Assembly: GCA_043228905.1 (NCBI GenBank)
Contig: JBHGNT010000004.1
Coordinates: 744,001 to 808,000 of the forward strand
Source of the DNA: Azolla caroliniana
Lineage: Eukaryota; Plantae; Polypodiophyta
Length of the DNA: 64,000 nucleotides
Direction of reading: 5' to 3'
Every line of letters begins with the position of its first letter. Positions within the stretch are counted from its first letter, which is position 1. Of this stretch, positions 50,459 to 62,743 are shown one piece after another. Both the position numbers and the translations under genes were made by a program. The notes beneath the pieces are model-generated. The model saw only the letters and a program-made list of their open reading frames with translations, had not been told where the DNA came from and did not search any database.

Positions 50459-52048
50459 AGCCTTCTCTTTCAGAAGAACAAAATTACTCTGTTCTTTCTC
50501 CCTCTTTATTTCTGATATTTGATTTTGAATGGTATAGTTTTATAAGCAAAAGGAAGAAGAAAAATACTCTGTATAGTGCTTTCTCCCTCTTGATTTCTGA
50601 TATTTGATTTTGAATGCTATATTTTTTATAAGCTGAAGGAAGGGCATGCTAAAATAAATACCATTCATTCATTAGAGCCTTTGCTTTGGCATGGGGATTC
50701 AAAGAACCCACCCATGGCCCATGGCCTGGCTGGCCCATCATCATACGGTCACTCTAAGCATCTTGAAAACTTGTGTTTTTTATCACGTGTCCCGCTATTT
50801 TGCTTGGTTCGAGAAATTCACAAACAAATACAAAACGTCTTCTATCTGGATCCGTTCAAGGGATAGCGGCACCACACAATAACATGTCCATAGCAACATC
50901 TCTCAATCTTTCTTGAAACTTCCACACATGCTAACATTGGTCTGATTTCATATAGCACTTCTATATCGCCACTATCGTGGTCATTATTATCCTATGACAC
51001 ATCCTAGCCTCAAGCAAGCGTATTCGTATACTACCTATGCAACATGTCCTAACAACTAACTTAGCGCATTTAGATAGTTACATATGTAAGGGCTATATTC
51101 TCAACATGTGTGGCTATTTCATGTGCAAAAGAAAATTCTACAATCAATTGGGAGAGTGAGAAATGTTGAGGTGATAGTTCCCAGTGTGAAACCTCTTTAA
51201 CCTAGCAAGCATGACAACCTTGGGTGATACCATGCGCATCCTTATGAAGCAAATAACATAGGGCAAACGATTGTGGCTTTGTCATGAACCTTTTAGAGCT
51301 GATTTTCACCTTCATTGAGTTGAGTTTACATTTTTTTTAAACCCTACACTTCTTATAATAGTTGTACACTTGCTCAGAATTCAAATGCATAGTTATCAAA
51401 TTTCATAATATGGTTTACCTTTTCATCAGTCAACTTGTCATAAAGAATTAAGTGGTGATATTTATTAACAAGCAATGTTACGATCTCATAATAGAGATTT
51501 AATTTGTCAATGTATAAATAGAATTAGCAACTAGAATTTTGTTGATCTGACGAATCGCACGTAGAGAAGCTAAGAAGATCCAACAATTGTAATGTACTAG
51601 AACAGCAGTTTAGTTGGAATACTATGTACACAATCCATAAGCGATGATTTTAATTTTGGTACATAGGTTAGTTTGGTATTCCAAACAAACCATGAGATAG
51701 GAACAGCTGCAGGTATAGGGTTTAGGGTTGAGATTTAATTATTACTACAATCTTTTATAATTTTATATTCCTTTGCAAACTTGGAGCCGTTCAAAAAAAT
51801 AAAGAGTCCTTTTGAAGAGCTTGGTGATGCAAATACATTGTCACTGTGATTACTGGAGAAGGAGATGACAACCGATACAAACTAGTGCTCATTAATAATG
51901 GAAACAAAAGGACAAGTAAATTAGAGGACATGGAGCTGCTTCCAAAATTAAACCATACCCACACATTTAACAATGAAACGTCCACAAATTTCTGTATGAA
52001 GCTATTAATTTAGCTTAAATTCCCCTCTTCGGACTTCAATTATTTCTT

Positions 52049-55000
52049 CTATTTCAGTAATTGGATTGAGGATTGAATAGCATTGAGTTGATCAATTCTG
52101 CATCTTTTGTATGCCCCATCCAGTAGAACCAGTCCTGAAAGTATAGACTTTTTTTCTTGTTGAGCAGAAGAACCATTTGAATGAATTCTGGCATCGTTGT
52201 GGTTATATTCAAAACCAACTCTCTCCTTAATCCTTCTGAGTGCAGTTTCCTCTTCAGAATCATCTTCAACATGCCTCTTCCCTTTAGATTTTGTGATTTC
52301 AGCTGCTGGAACTAATGTAACCGCATCATCGCTTCTCACCGTATTATCATCTACTACTATCACATTGGTGGCGGCAGTCTCTGTAATGGCATCACTCAAT
52401 ACCTCACCTCCACACGTGGTTTGGCATGTTTCCCCTTCCAACTCAGTCGTCGGCAGTGTAGTCCCAAATGAAGGTAACACACCAGAAGTTTCAATACTGT
52501 CAGGAAGCTTACCAATCGCACACGGCCTCCAGTTTTCGTCAGCAACAGTCCATGCTGCCTTGCTGATGGTGGTGACCTCGACCTCAAGAGAGTTACTGCC
52601 ACCAAGCATGCCATGTCTGTGTTTGCAAAGCACATGAACATTCTTTACAGCTTCTAGAATTGATTTTTCGTTATCCTTCAGGTTACCATCAACTGTCTCA
52701 TCAGCGCCACTGCTGCCTGCCACCCCTCCAAGATTGCCATTACTACAGTTTCCATACCTGTCTTCTGCATCAGAAGCATCCAATTCCACTTGTAACTGCA
52801 GCACCGCATCACTCATCTCAACAAGCCTACTGGCATGACGAGACCGATATTTCCAAGGAGAATGGTCAAGCAAAAAACTCAGTAATCGCATGCTTGACGC
52901 ATCTCTCTTGCTACCCTTAATACACAAAGATATCAGTTCTCTTGATAGGCGAGGAACATTCGAAGATAACTCTCCGATTACAGATTGCCACATTTTATCT
53001 CCAGAAACACATCGTTCCAAAAGGCCTTCATTCACTAAAATGGTAGCCACCTCAGGGACAGCCGATGAAACTAACTTTATGAGATTTTCAAGATCTTTTT
53101 TCACTCTTGATCCTGATAAAAAATAAAGGATTATTGCAAATATATAATGATTAATGTTAACTTTGCGTGGATCAAGGCAGGAAGATGTTCAAACCTTTTG
53201 ATCTGTCTTTGGATGAATAATCATATAATTCACGTTTTATATGTTCAGATGAATCATGAAGAACCTGTTTTTGAGCTTCCCAATAGTGAACTTTCAGCCA
53301 TTCAAGTGCCTGCAAAGATAGTTGGTTTCTCTTAGTATAGTATAAGGTGCAATTACAGGAAAGTTAAACAATACAAATCCGATAGCTTAATACACATCTA
53401 AACATATACACCATGCATTCCTTTGTTTTTCTTAAATTTGGACTCCCAATCTTCACTAAAGAGAAGTTATTGTACCTTCTTGCTTGCAAGCTGCAGGAAT
53501 GGAAGAGATGGAAGTTCCTTATGAGCCACTTCTGAAAATGATCATCAACCAGTTTCTATGATTTTTCAGTCTCTACTCATTAGTATTTTCAGCAAACTAC
53601 ATGTGTACAGTTGACTAATTCATAGATTAAACCTGGACATATGCACACAACTTATGTCATGTAGAATTGTTTACCATGACGAATATCAACTAACATTCTA
53701 GGAAGCCCAGCAGCTTCTGCTCGCTCTGCAACAGACGTTGAATTCTGCCATTTAGATTGGTCAACAACTCCATTGACGAGCCTGATCATGAAGGACATGT
53801 CAGTCCTGGATCTAAAGTGAACTCATCCTAGATGTACTCCAGTAAGTCATAAATTGAACGTTTTTACTTATAAATGAGAAAGTAAAGCAAGAACCATAAC
53901 ATTTTGATATTCGCATTTTCATTAGTTCTAACAAAGAATTAATAATTACTTACCCTATGTACATTCTATACAAATACTATTGTTTTAAGGTTAATAAGTA
54001 ATCAAAGGATCCAAAAAAACAGCAAAATATAATCAATGTTAAGGAGGTTAATGATCCACCACAGGAGGCAAAGAAGCTGTGTGTATGTGTGTGATGGCAC
54101 TTCGAACTCGACATGTGTCACATCCTCAAGAAATGGTAACTGTGTTTGGGCCACAGCTCCTAAGAGCACCCCCAAACCTGTGGAATACATGTGGACCCTC
54201 CATCCAGCAAAAAAGAAATACAACATCCAGCGTCTTGTTAAGCACAAATGTAAGGGCCTATAAAGGAACCCAATCAATCAAACAGCTGCAATTAAACCTC
54301 AAAGTAGTGAACATGTCATTTGTTTGATTAAATTGCGTTGAAACACAAGAGAAACGCAGGAAGTAACTACCGACAATGGAGTGCTTAGCAAATAACACCA
54401 TCTACACAATATAAGGAAACAACTATCATCAAAGATCTGACATGGGAAGGTTTCGGGTCTGCAATTCAATAAGCTAAGTTCTTCCATTGTACAATCATTT
54501 TTCAAGTATTGTCCTTTGATGCCATAACAAGCTCAGGAGGCAGAGAGACAGAGATGGAAATGTACATAAAGAGGGAGGAGATTTCAACACTTTAGACCTA
54601 AATCCCATGGCCCACTGGTGGACCTAATAACAAAGGATCAGCAGCCTTCTAACATTAGCTCATTCAGTAGCGTGAGTTGGAGAGAAGAGTAAGCTGAATC
54701 GGTCGACAGCAATTCGGCTGAGACCGAAAAATCGACCGATTCCCAATTCGGTCAAGGCCGAAAGTCGAATAATAATCGATTAGGCTAATAGCCGAATTGG
54801 TCGAAGCTGACTCAGGGTTATATTTGAAAAAGCCCATATTGTGTACGAGTATAAATACACTAAGGGCAAAACATTATTAAAAGTCAGATAATGTTGTTGT
54901 TGCCTCTGTAGCTAAGTGTGTAAGAGAAAGAGAGAGTGCATGAGAGTGACTCCTCCGTAACCATCGGTCTGATGAAGTAGAACTCAAGGTTGTTGCCTTG

Positions 55001-58000
55001 TAGTTTCTTGTTTTATTCCTTTCTCCCATAGTGATATAGTTCAGATTCTGTGGACTCCCATGGTTTTTTCCCTTCAAGGGTTTTCCACTTTTACTTTTAC
55101 TTTCTGTCTTCCACTTTCTGTCATTTTGATCTTTGCACCAACATACGCACGTGTATTAACCAGTTGTGGCTGATAGTATCCTCATCAAATTGGTATCAGA
55201 GCGAGATGGACGAACATTTTGGTGGAATGTTCAAGTTAACTGGCTCCAACTACTCTGTGTGGAAGTCGAAGATGTTAACATAGTGCAACCTATGTGCACG
55301 AACATATTGTCACACTCTTGAGGTATTACTACACCCGTAGTTCCAAGAACTACAATACAAAAGGATATGGTCATTCACAAGAAGGAATATAGAAAACCAT
55401 CTTGCCTTTTTCTATATACTACATTACTCCTAGTTCTATATGAATGACTGTTAGAATACATACCTCATGATAGCCATAGAATACATCAACCGAAGCATAT
55501 CACCAGTGACAATGTTCTCTGGACTGCATATTCCCCTGCAAAATGAGAAATGGAATCTTCATAAATGAAACTAAAGGTAGAATACACACAAAAAATCGCA
55601 CTGCATAAGCGTCTGCACAAGTCCAGATGTTAAAACGGAAACTGGTGTAGTGATCCATTTGTATAATGGTCAACTGCAGAACAAATTACATAAAATGTTA
55701 GTACTAATAGGTTCACAGGATTTGATCTTCTTCATCATTCATCATTAGCCAAAACTGGCCTCGTGAAATTGACAATCTTCACTTTCTTCCTGATCATTCC
55801 TATGGATCACATTGTGCACATTACATCTCTTTCATGGAAGATTCTAAGATTTGAAGAGTTCTCAAAACTAATCCTCAATATACACTAATGTGATCACCCT
55901 ACTGCGCCACTTTTAGTAAAAACATAAAAAATGAAACTTCTGCCATTTCAGAAAACGAATTGTGTCTACAACATCCCCATGTGTAGGCATAATAAAACTT
56001 GTCCAATTTTCTTATTATATTCTTCTTGATCTTGATAATTTCCCTCATCCAGTTTCAAAGCTGCCACAGAACAGGAAAATTTGTTGAAGTTGAATCCTTA
56101 AACAAGGTGTTCAAACTTGCATCAATAATGTGATCCAGCACTGCAATGCATTACCCATCAAGAAGGTGGCCACCTTACACACTTTAGAAGATTCAATAAA
56201 GTTGCCTCATATTTTCTGTATAAAAGTTAGTGCCTTCATCATATCTTGCACGTCACTCAAAGATGCAAGCTTCACAGTTGCACCCCCTTCTTCATTATCA
56301 ATTGCCTTTCCTAAAGGTGTCAAACGGTCACAAATAGGCGCACATAGAAATAATCCTCTATCCTTTGTCATATTGGAGATCCCATTATATGGTCTGCTAA
56401 CCAAATCAGAGGTTGGTCTATTCAATGCTTTCAAAAGAACATAGGATATCCGGCTAGGTACAAATATGTTGTACCTAGGATTAGCAACACTGGTTCTCAT
56501 CAGTGCTCTCACATCTTCCCAGAGGAAGAAGAGTGAAATGACCTTGTGAAAACCCAAGTATAAAATGGCCTTAGAGCAAATTATTTTTGTAAAGAAAAGT
56601 ATGAACGTAACTTTTGGACTCTTCCCATGCGCTTTTCACGTTCTATACTCTAAAGTTAAAGTATCTCTCTTTTCTTAAGCTTAAGCTTAAAGTCAACTAT
56701 TGATTAAGTACTTAATTGAAAGTTGCTAATGGTTCCTTATTAAGACTTTTGCATTCCCTAGATAATGTAACAGTAATCATTATGTTTTTTTTTTTTTTTT
56801 TCCAAAAAAAGATACTACATTAGTATTAGAAAACCGCCATAAGGCTAAACATACAAGCTATACCGATCCCCTATATTTTTCTAAAGTCTAACCATTGGCT
56901 TGAATAAACACTTTGGTGTTGAGTAATCATTATGTTTTTGTCCTTGAGTGAGCACATTCTTAACCAATTCTTTGTTAAAGCCTGTAACCATAGATTGACA
57001 CATGCGTGATATTCTCCATGCGCAATATTCTCTATATTCGAGAATATGAAATGGCCCTAAGAATATTAAAAAACCATTCGTTTTGTAAAATAGATATAAA
57101 ATATTTATTTATTTATTTTACCAAAAAAATAACAATTATTCATTAATAAATTATAGTGTCAAGACAGTTTATGAAACTTATTTTAATTAATCAATTTTTA
57201 AAAAACGAATATTTTTATATTTACTATACAAATACAATTAGTATAAACTTTGAATATATGATTAGTTTGAAGTACTATTTTTAATGTCAAAATAAAAATA
57301 TCCATAAATTTTGAGGGAATAAAAAGTGAGAAATTAATGAGCTTTTATTTTATTTATTAAAAATAAAATAAATACTTATAATTTCTAAGTTATACATTTA
57401 TTATAAAAATTTAATAATGACAAATCCCCAAGTCTCTCTTTTATTATCCCTATTTATTGTTTAAGCTCCTTTTTTTTTATCCTAGAAAATTAAAAAAGAC
57501 AAAGTTTTTTTTGTTTTTTTTAAAGTTAAACGAATACTTGACCGCCCATTCGTATTCGTATTCGTTTGCATTCGAATGGGAAACCCGACGAATGCGAATA
57601 TGTCAATCTATGCCTGTAACCATTACGAAAACTCTAAAGACAATACAGAACACTTTGAAACTTCAGCAATGTCAGTCACTCCAGGCTGCAGAAGCTATTT
57701 GTTTTCAGAAACCTCCATAAAAACATGTAAGCCCTAAATGAAGCCCCACTTGCAATTTATTATATACCATATGTACTGGTGTACATTGCTCTAGTTAAAA
57801 AAAACATTTCTCATTTTTCTTGAGACAATATGTACAAAAGACTTATTGTGCCTCTGCAGCCAAAGACCAAGACAGAGAGAGCATCACTATAACAAACATC
57901 GCGACTATTGCACCAGCAACAAAGTCACAGAGAGCACCCCCATAACTCACGAGAGATGACTACAATGAACTTGATATACATAAACTGAGCAGAGAATGGT

Positions 58001-58462
58001 AGACCCAGACATGCTTTTAATAATTGTCAAACTACTTCTTTTCAACAATGTGTGAGTGCTAGTTATACAGAGATAATGTACAAATAAGGGCTTACAGAAG
58101 AAGATATTTAGAAAACTAAATGACTAGTGAAGAAAGGCACTCACGAGAAATGAGGATCTTTCCTCTGAATATTGATAAGGTCAGCAGTGATTTCTACAGA
58201 GATGGGCAAAGAGCTTCTTGATCTCCATGCGGCCACCTGAATTTTGGGGGAAAGAGAGTGAACGAGAAAATCAGAAAAGGTATGCATGAATGGATACGAA
58301 CCGACACACACGCACGCACAGATGTTTGGTAACATATAGTTAAGCGTCAAAAAGACTTGCCTTGTTGAGGGCTGTTTCGGGTGAGGAAGAGAAGAGGGCA
58401 TCGCACACCCGGCTCCATAGCTGCCAGCTCTCCCAAGGCACGAGCTTCAGGTGGTGCGCCAT
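52049..58462 (-). CDS. LAS1: LAS1-like HEPN ribonuclease (pre-rRNA ITS2 processing), 7 exons: 58462-58361, 58236-58145, 55535-55464, 53781-53675, 53531-53476, 53309-53195, 53112-52049
   Basis: Spliced product MAHHLKLVPWESWQLWSRV...AWRSRSSLP...LMYSMAIMRLVNGVVD...GLPRMLVDIRHEVAHKELPSL...ALEWLKVHYWE; HEPN RHxxxH intact. Confidence 0.9.
54690..55283 (+). mobile_element. Truncated Ty1/Copia element (5' LTR, PBS, start of gag) in LAS1 intron 3
   Basis: LTR-like segment with TATAAATA, ending ...CA at 55187; PBS TGGTATCAGAGC (55191-55202, complementary to tRNA-iMet 3' end); gag start MDEHFGGMFKLTGSNYSVWKSKM, then truncated. Left boundary approximate. Confidence 0.85.
56785..56921 (-). mobile_element. 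Short poly(A)-tailed retro-insertion (truncated LINE/SINE) in LAS1 intron 2
   Basis: T17 tract at 56785-56801; direct repeats agtaatcattatg at 56772-56784 and 56922-56934 flank the insert. Confidence 0.75.
56989..57612. mobile_element. Non-autonomous hAT-type element (624 bp) in LAS1 intron 2
   Basis: Perfect 12-bp TIRs CATAGATTGACA / TGTCAATCTATG; perfect 8-bp TSD CCTGTAAC on both sides; AT-rich non-coding core. Confidence 0.9.
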
Positions 58463-60654
58463 CTTTTCCGCTCTGCTCTGCTCTGCTCTGTTCTGTTCTG
58501 TTCTGCTCTGTTCTGCTCTGTTCTCACATTTACTGAAGAAGGGTCATATTCATAATATTTTGGTCTGTTTCTTCTGTTTGTTTGGTTCTCCACTGTGTGA
58601 TATATATGTACATATGTAGAAGAGTTTCCTAGACCCATACAATTTGCCCAATCTACATGCAAAATGAGAGATCAAAGGAAGATAGTAGTGTATCCTGAAC
58701 TTACACTTACAGAAGAGAAGGATTTGGACCCCTCCACGCGTGATAGAGTACACTATCCAAAGATGCTTAGCATTCTTCCGAGGTTCACAACGATGTTGCA
58801 TGTGTTTCTCTTGCATGAATACTACTATCGATCACACTCCTCATGAATACTACTATCGATCACACTCCTCTTGTCTAAAGTGGAGTCATGACTCGGTTGA
58901 TGATATCTAGAATCATTGTTATTTTTCACGAATGTTGCCCACACCAACGTGGGCTAGGCCCAGCACCTTGATGTGCATATCCTCGCAAAGACAAAGGACA
59001 AGCAAACTTCATAGGGTTCGTACGCCCAAAGTACATTTCTTTCTATTCTCTTGGATAACACCACAATTCTCCTTATGCTAAGTTTGTGCGCAAAGAAATA
59101 TGTGTCAATCATGGGCACGAGCAATATTTAGAGGTGTCCATAAACTTCGAGATTTTAAGGTAGAGACAAACGAAGAGGGTTTGATGTTGATTTTGTGGAC
59201 TTCATGCTTTATACACGTCAATGCCATGTATAGCCTTTGCTCTTAAATCTCACTCGCGTGTACTAGAAACACTATCAAGTGAGGCAACAGTTCTGGTGCA
59301 AAATTATTTCGATTGGTGCCAAATAACTCTTATGACATTGTTCTATAAACTCATTACATGTAGTTTTCCTACTATAAATAAAGATGGGTCGTTGGCAAAT
59401 ATATATATATATATATGCATGCCAATAGGGGGCTCATTTCATTAAGGCAATTCACAATTGACATTGCTAACCTCTATTTTCAAACGGGTGTATATTGCAT
59501 ATGTCGTAGAATATGTATCCATCATGCAATTTATCAATGAAAAAGCCTTCGCTAAGATAGTCGGCTTATGATTGGTCTTGGAAGGTTGATATGTTTGATC
59601 ATCACTTCACCGATTTAGAAATAGAAAATTTCTTAAAGCATTAGATTCACTCGTGACTACAATGAGAAATTTCACAAACCAACATACATAATATAATTGA
59701 AGGATCGGGTTCAAAAAAAAAACTAAGTGATGTTATCATTGTTGACCTTAATGTAGATTCAATAGACATGGTTAATGTGCTACAACCACATTGATTGTAA
59801 GTCGAGGGTAGGATACCACTCACTAATTTACATTTGAAGCATAATGATGGGGTTGTAGACACAAATATTCATATACATCTTGTTTTCAAAGCCGCACACA
59901 TCGTTACAATCATATTCTTCATTCAAAGCCCATGTATAGCCAAACTCATTTCCAACTTAACCACTAGCATTTGTAAATATGCCATTTTTTGGGCATTTGA
60001 ATCACATCTCATTATTTGGTAATATCAATACTACATGGTAACACATATGAATGCCACGCAAGAAACATGACAATTGGGGAATAAGAATTTATGCAAAATG
60101 TTAGATCCTATTTTGACGTTCTCGCTTTATTTGGCTAACCAAGGCACATTCCTTAAAATACAAACGTAAATTGGGCTCCTAAAGTTGCCAAGTAATCATT
60201 GCTCAAAAGAATCTCATTAATGATAATAGCATTTCCAGTAGATCTAATGCGCGTCCATATTTAGTCTGATCTATTGGATCTCCACTTTTGGCAATGCTCT
60301 TGACTCTTGAGGTGTACTATGTGTGTTATAAGGGTTTTTTAATATGCTTATTATTAGTACATAAATTCCCAATTTTGAGTGTGCCCCTTCCACACTTCCA
60401 CGAGTATATAAAATTACCTTTGCATGGAGTATATTTCCAATACCACTAGAAACACTTCATAGAGAAAACTTAAGTCATGGTCCAACTACTAAACGTGCTC
60501 AAGATCTTAAGATTAAGATATACTTGCATCATGATATACAAGGAGCTAGTTGCATACAAAATCATCCCTTTGTTAGAATGCACGTGGATTTAACACTACA
60601 TCGAATTTATTCAAAACAAATTGGCTATCCAAGTGATGAAATACCTAGTATGTA

Positions 60655-61075
60655 AGTAGTAAAGAGAGAAAAGTGTCGGTGGATGGGAGATTGATTTGGA
60701 ACTTGACTACTAACCCCTAAACCACTACCACTAGTAAAGAGAGAAAAGTGTCAGTGGATGGGAGATTGATTTGGGACTTGACTGCTAACCTCTAACCTCT
60801 AACCCCCTAAACCACTACTAGTGGCCACATGCCCAAACCCCTAAACCTAAACCCAACCCATAAACCCCTAAACCCCTAAACCACTACTAGTGGCGACATG
60901 TCCAAACCCCTAAACCTAAACCAAGCCCTTAAACCCCTAAACCGCTACTAGGGGGCGGCATGTCCAAACCCCTAAACCTAAACCAAACCCTTAAAAACCT
61001 CTAAACCCCCTAAACCTAAACCAAATCCTTAAACCCATAAACTCCACTACTACTAATTTAGTACTACTAGAACTA
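60655..61075. repeat. Tandem array with telomere-like CCCTAAA/CCTAAA motifs and copies of the CVNH gene end
   Basis: An about 76-bp duplication (aaagagagaaaagtgtc...), then units actactagtggcgacatgtccaaacccctaaacctaaacc. Confidence 0.85.
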
Positions 61076-61618
61076 CTACTGGCGACATGTCCACTTGAGT
61101 GTGCCCCTCTTATTGGTGATGTAAGGGTTGAGATTGAGCTGGTTGGCCATGAAGCGGCCATCGGGGCCTGGGCAGTCTGCGTAGAGGTAGGCGGTGGCCC
61201 TGGACCTCATCTCAGTGCCGTTGGGGGCGAGCTCCGACGGGTGGAGCACGTCGAGGCGGGCGTTACGGCAATGGCGCGAGAAGTCGCAGGCGACGTCGTA
61301 GATGGGGAGCGCCGTGTTGGGCGCGCAGTCCAGGACCACCAGCAGCCGCCCATCGAAGTTGCCGATGTGTCGGTCCAGGTTGAAGCCGTTGTTGGCCCTG
61401 AACCGGCTCATGGAGCCGTCCGTGGCGCACGTCGCGCTCATGCTCCTGCCGTCCGGGAGCAGCCGGATGCCGTAGCACGTGTCGGCGAAGAGGCCTCTGC
61501 CCTGCGTGTCGCATGGGATGTACGTCAGAGCCGACGGAGCCGATGCCTGCCATGCCAGCGTCACAAGCAGCACCAGCAGAGCCACCGGCTCCAGCTTCGG
61601 CTCCAGCTTCATCCTCAT
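61076..61618 (-). CDS. Secreted cyanovirin-N homologue (CVNH) lectin-like protein
   Basis: Signal-peptide-like ALLVLLVTLAWQA; two CVNH half-repeats FADTC...MSATC...FNLDRHIGNFDGRL and FSRHC...LYADC...LNLNPYITNKRGTLKW; single GC-rich exon. Confidence 0.85.
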   Translation of the reverse strand: MRMKLEPKLEPVALLVLLVTLAWQASAPSALTYIPCDTQGRGLFADTCYGIRLLPDGRSMSATCATDGSMSRFRANNGFNLDRHIGNFDGRLLVVLDCAPNTALPIYDVACDFSRHCRNARLDVLHPSELAPNGTEMRSRATAYLYADCPGPDGRFMANQLNLNPYITNKRGTLKWTCRQ

Positions 61619-62743
61619 CCTCTCTGACTGACGGCGCTGTTATGTATGACGCCTCCGTTAACCCCCCTTGGACACTCTCTCTCTCTCACCGTCTCCATAT
61701 ATATATATATACATATATGTATAGCCATCTCTTCCGGCCGGACCTTTTTAAGAGAAAGGTGTTCTTTCTTGGGGAGTGCTATTTTAATGTCTGTATTTTA
61801 GCTCAGATCACCTTTTCCACGCGCCAATTTTAGAGAAAACCCCCAAAATTGCTACCTTGTTCCTCCTCGAAAACGAAAATTGTCCTCGCTAGTTCCCACT
61901 GTTTCGATTCATCTGTAGAGCGTGCATTTGGTCCTCCGATAAATAAGCCACCGGTTTTCTTCGAACCATTTCTGATACGTAACATATTGATGAATAACAT
62001 GCGGATACTCCTATTCATGAGCCTTGTTACGAGAGCTAGATGACCTTGAGTAAGAAAATGACTTCATTTCTTAGGAGCATTAGAAAACCAACAAACTTGT
62101 GTGACGCTATAAGTCGTCGAGAAGTATCGGTGAGTAATATTGTGTGAAGAGTCAAACATAATTACGAATCAATTCCACGTCCAATGCCATAAATTTGAAA
62201 CCGCACGCTTGAATGCTTTATTGTACTAAAGGATAACCTTTATGTCTCTCTCTCTCTCTCTCTAAAGACTCTTTATGTTGAGACTCGAAAATGCCCTCCC
62301 TTGTTTCAATATGGAAGGAGGAATGCATCTAATAGAATAAATATTTCATCTCTATGTGGAACTTGGAAATGAACAATACCTCTTATACAACAACATATGC
62401 ATGGAAGGAGATGAAAGGCCAAGACCAACCAATATCTCTTATAAGTAAGCAATTAGGAAAACTTCGAATGTATCCCTCGATTCAAGACAGGCGCAAGTAT
62501 CACACGTTCCCCTTGCATTTCAAGGACACGGTTACGTAAAACGCCAAAATCTTCAACATTCATTGGCAATCAAACCAATGAGCGGCACGGATGAACCGAG
62601 AGAGCAAGGTAACTTAAAGGAAACATGTGTTCATTTGTTTTTGTGAAAAACACATGGTGGTGTTATGTGAGTATGAACAAAATGGGAGAGCTCAAAATGA
62701 GTGAATAATGAATGGATAGTAGTTCCAAGAGGAAGAATTTCAC

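Noticed and set aside
53740-53765. Apparent frameshift in LAS1 exon 4
   Set aside because: Careful re-reading gives a continuous frame (DQSKWQNSTSVAE).
60700-61050. True telomere or chromosome end
   Set aside because: Motifs are short, degenerate and interspersed, with genes on both sides.
61241-61833. Overlapping ORFs on the CVNH gene
   Set aside because: Expected in GC-rich coding DNA with few stops; only the 180-aa frame has a recognisable domain and signal peptide.
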